A stretch of DNA of 64,000 bases. It comes from a virus. Taxonomy: Duplodnaviria; Caudoviricetes. Made by a program: the position numbers and the translations under genes. The notes beneath the pieces are model-generated. The model searched no databases, was not told where the DNA came from, and saw only the letters and a program-made list of their open reading frames with translations. Below are positions 61,701 through 64,000 of the stretch, one piece after another (the stretch's first letter is position 1; every line of letters begins with the position of its first letter). Location of the stretch: positions 36,982 to 100,981 of IMG/VR virus record IMGVR_UViG_3300010270_000394, one strand, 5' to 3'.

Positions 61701-64000
61701 AGGCGTTCAAAAAGCTCAACGACGAATTTGTTGCCGGAACGACCAACAGCAATGCGTTTTGGGCGGCGGCTGAATATCTGTTTGGTTCGGATCAACTGAA
61801 TGAATGGGGATGGGCTGACGGCATTGACCAAATCTATGAGGCAATGCAGAAGAACGTCGCTATTTTCCAAGACGCGGAATCGTCCGGCGCTGGATTCCTT
61901 GAACAACTTTACAAGATCGCGGAGGGTGGCAAGGTTCTTGACAGCGAGGGCAATGTCCTTGCGGAGATTCAGAAGTTCTCTGACGGTTCGTATGATTTTA
62001 ATATTGACGCTTCCAATCTGGATGCTCTTGCGGACAGAATGGGAATCACCAAAGAAGCGGTAATTGCCTGTGTTCAGGCGATTTCCATGTTTGGCGAGGT
62101 CAATTTGTTTGATGTGAACGAGGTTATTGACGCGCTGACCGGAGCTGCGCTTGCATTTGACACGCTGAACGGTACGGCTGTCAATCTTGATGGATTCATT
62201 GATCAATTGACGACGCTTGGTAAGACAGATAAAGAAATCTATGACATCCTCAAGGTTCTGCGAGAGGTTGACGGTATTTCGTTTGTCAGCGCAAGCGGCA
62301 ACGTGGAAGAACTGACCAACAGCCTTATCAATTTGGGCTTGGCGGTTCAGGACGAGGATGCGTTCAAGATCAATACCACGGGGCTTTCTGTTTTGATGGA
62401 ACAGCTTTCGTTCACAAAGGACGAGGCTGAAAATGTTATCAAAAAGCTCAGTGAAACGGATGATATTACGTTGACCAATGCAAATGGCGAGGTCGTTACG
62501 CTATCCGAGGCGCTTTCCAAGTTGAATGATCTCAACTTTACGGAAGTGCAGAACAGCGTTGACGGGATCGCGGATGCGCTTGGCGATGTGAATGAAACCG
62601 ACACGGACGACGCGGAGGATTCGCTTTATGAAATCCGTGACGCGGCTGATCTTGCCAAGAAAGAGATTGAACAACTGCAAACTAAGATCAATTCTCTGAC
62701 CGGCAAAGAAGTTACGATTACAGTTGATGTAAAGCGCAAGAGCAATGTCCTTTCCCTGCTTGGTTTTGCCAAAGGAACTGATGACGCGCCGGAAACGGAT
62801 GCAGTTGTCGGTGAAAAGGGCGAGGAATTGATCGTCGGTAAAGACGGCGCGTATATTGCCGGACAAAACGGCGCAGAGATCGTTCATCTACACAAGGGCG
62901 ACGCGGTTTATACTGCGGAGGAAACTGCAAAGATCAGACGAAATGGAAAAGTCTTTAGCGGCAGGATTCCGGCGTATTATGATGGCAGAGCGTCCGGAAC
63001 GATTTCGACTGGCAGCGGTAATTACACTTCCCTGCTTCCGACGAGCGGAAGCGGTAAGTCCGGCAGCAGTTCGAGTTCGACAACGGCGAAGGCTGAGTCC
63101 GAGTTTGAGCGGCTTTACAAATATCATCAACATTTGCTTGCAATGGAGCAGGAATCGACCGAGGAATATTTGAATTGGCTGGTTGTTGCTTACAAAGAGG
63201 CATTTGACAAGGGCGAAATTGAGCTGGATGATTTCAGAAAGTATGAGGAAGAAGTCTTTAAGGGACTGAAAACCGTACTGGATGAAGTGATCGGCGACTT
63301 GGAACACGGACTGTTCTTGGGAGAAAAGAACAACAATATGTCTGTGGATCAGGTCGTGGCAACATATCGCAAGATGCAGGAAGAGGTTCATGACCTCGCA
63401 GAGCATTATCGTGAGCTTGGCATTGACGAAAACTCCGATTTGATCCAGACGCTTCAAAAGCAGTGGTGGGATTATCATGACGAGATTGTGAAAGCAATTA
63501 CCGATGCTTATGAAAAGGTGCGTCAGGAGAACGAAAATGCCATTACGCTCAATGAAAATTGGCTGAACAACGCGATTTCCAAGGGCGATTATGATTCGAT
63601 CCGAGAATACACGAACAATGTGATCAATCATTATCGCGCCATGCAAGAGGAAATCCACAAGCAAGCGGAATACTATCGTTCGCTTGGGTATTCCGATACA
63701 TCCGACGAGGTTAGTAAACTCTCTGACCTTTGGTGGGATTATTACGACGCAATCAAGAAAGCATCCGCTGATGCTTGGGCGGCAGTGGTTAGCAACGCGA
63801 ATGAGGCGCTTGATTCCATTCAGGGCGTTTACGATACGCTCAAGAACGCCGCAAAGGAGTACGCGGAGAATGGGTATTTGACGATTGACACGCTGCAAAA
63901 GATTTGTTCTTGGGGGCTTGAGTATCTTGACTTCCTGAAGGATGAAAACGGGCAGCTTGTCATCAATGAGGAATCCATTCAGCGTGTGATTGCCGCGCGA
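58751..64000 (+). CDS. Tail tape measure protein, exon 2 (continues past the window end)
   Basis: Frame spot-checked at 58751, 62762 (GFAKGT...VGEKGEEL) and the window end; its absence from the ORF track fits an ORF with no stop in the window. Confidence 0.88.

Overview
The whole window looks like part of a large SPbeta-like temperate siphophage of a Bacillota (probably Clostridia) host. The left arm (about 1.2-23.4 kb, minus strand) carries glyA, a tRNA/tRNA-like/ncRNA cluster, Thg1-like, CCA-adding and another nucleotidyltransferase gene, two DUF262 proteins and about 35 small early genes; an ImmR/ImmA-like pair lies at the far left on the plus strand. After a divergent control region (about 23.4-24.3 kb), the right arm (plus strand) encodes a tyrosine recombinase, Lar, a methylase-like protein, a UvrD helicase, IscS, an HNH endonuclease, a macro-domain protein, a YonO-like single-subunit RNA polymerase, ClpP, PhoH, a phosphoesterase, HU, four tRNAs and the terminase-portal-capsid-tail module. 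The tape-measure gene is split by a group I intron (57468-58750) carrying a Zn-finger/Vsr-like endonuclease, and exon 2 runs off the window. Two signals stand out. (1) About 21 copies of an asymmetric 17-bp motif, ATAA(C/G)NNNAATTACAA-N, mostly oriented with transcription, sit in promoter spacers and gene junctions and resemble a stoperator/SPBRE-like repression network. (2) A tRNA-embedded ncRNA cassette contains an sRNA displaying anti-Shine-Dalgarno loops and three tRNA-shaped RNAs with aberrant anticodon arms. All calls come from manual reading and recalled motifs; no searches were run.
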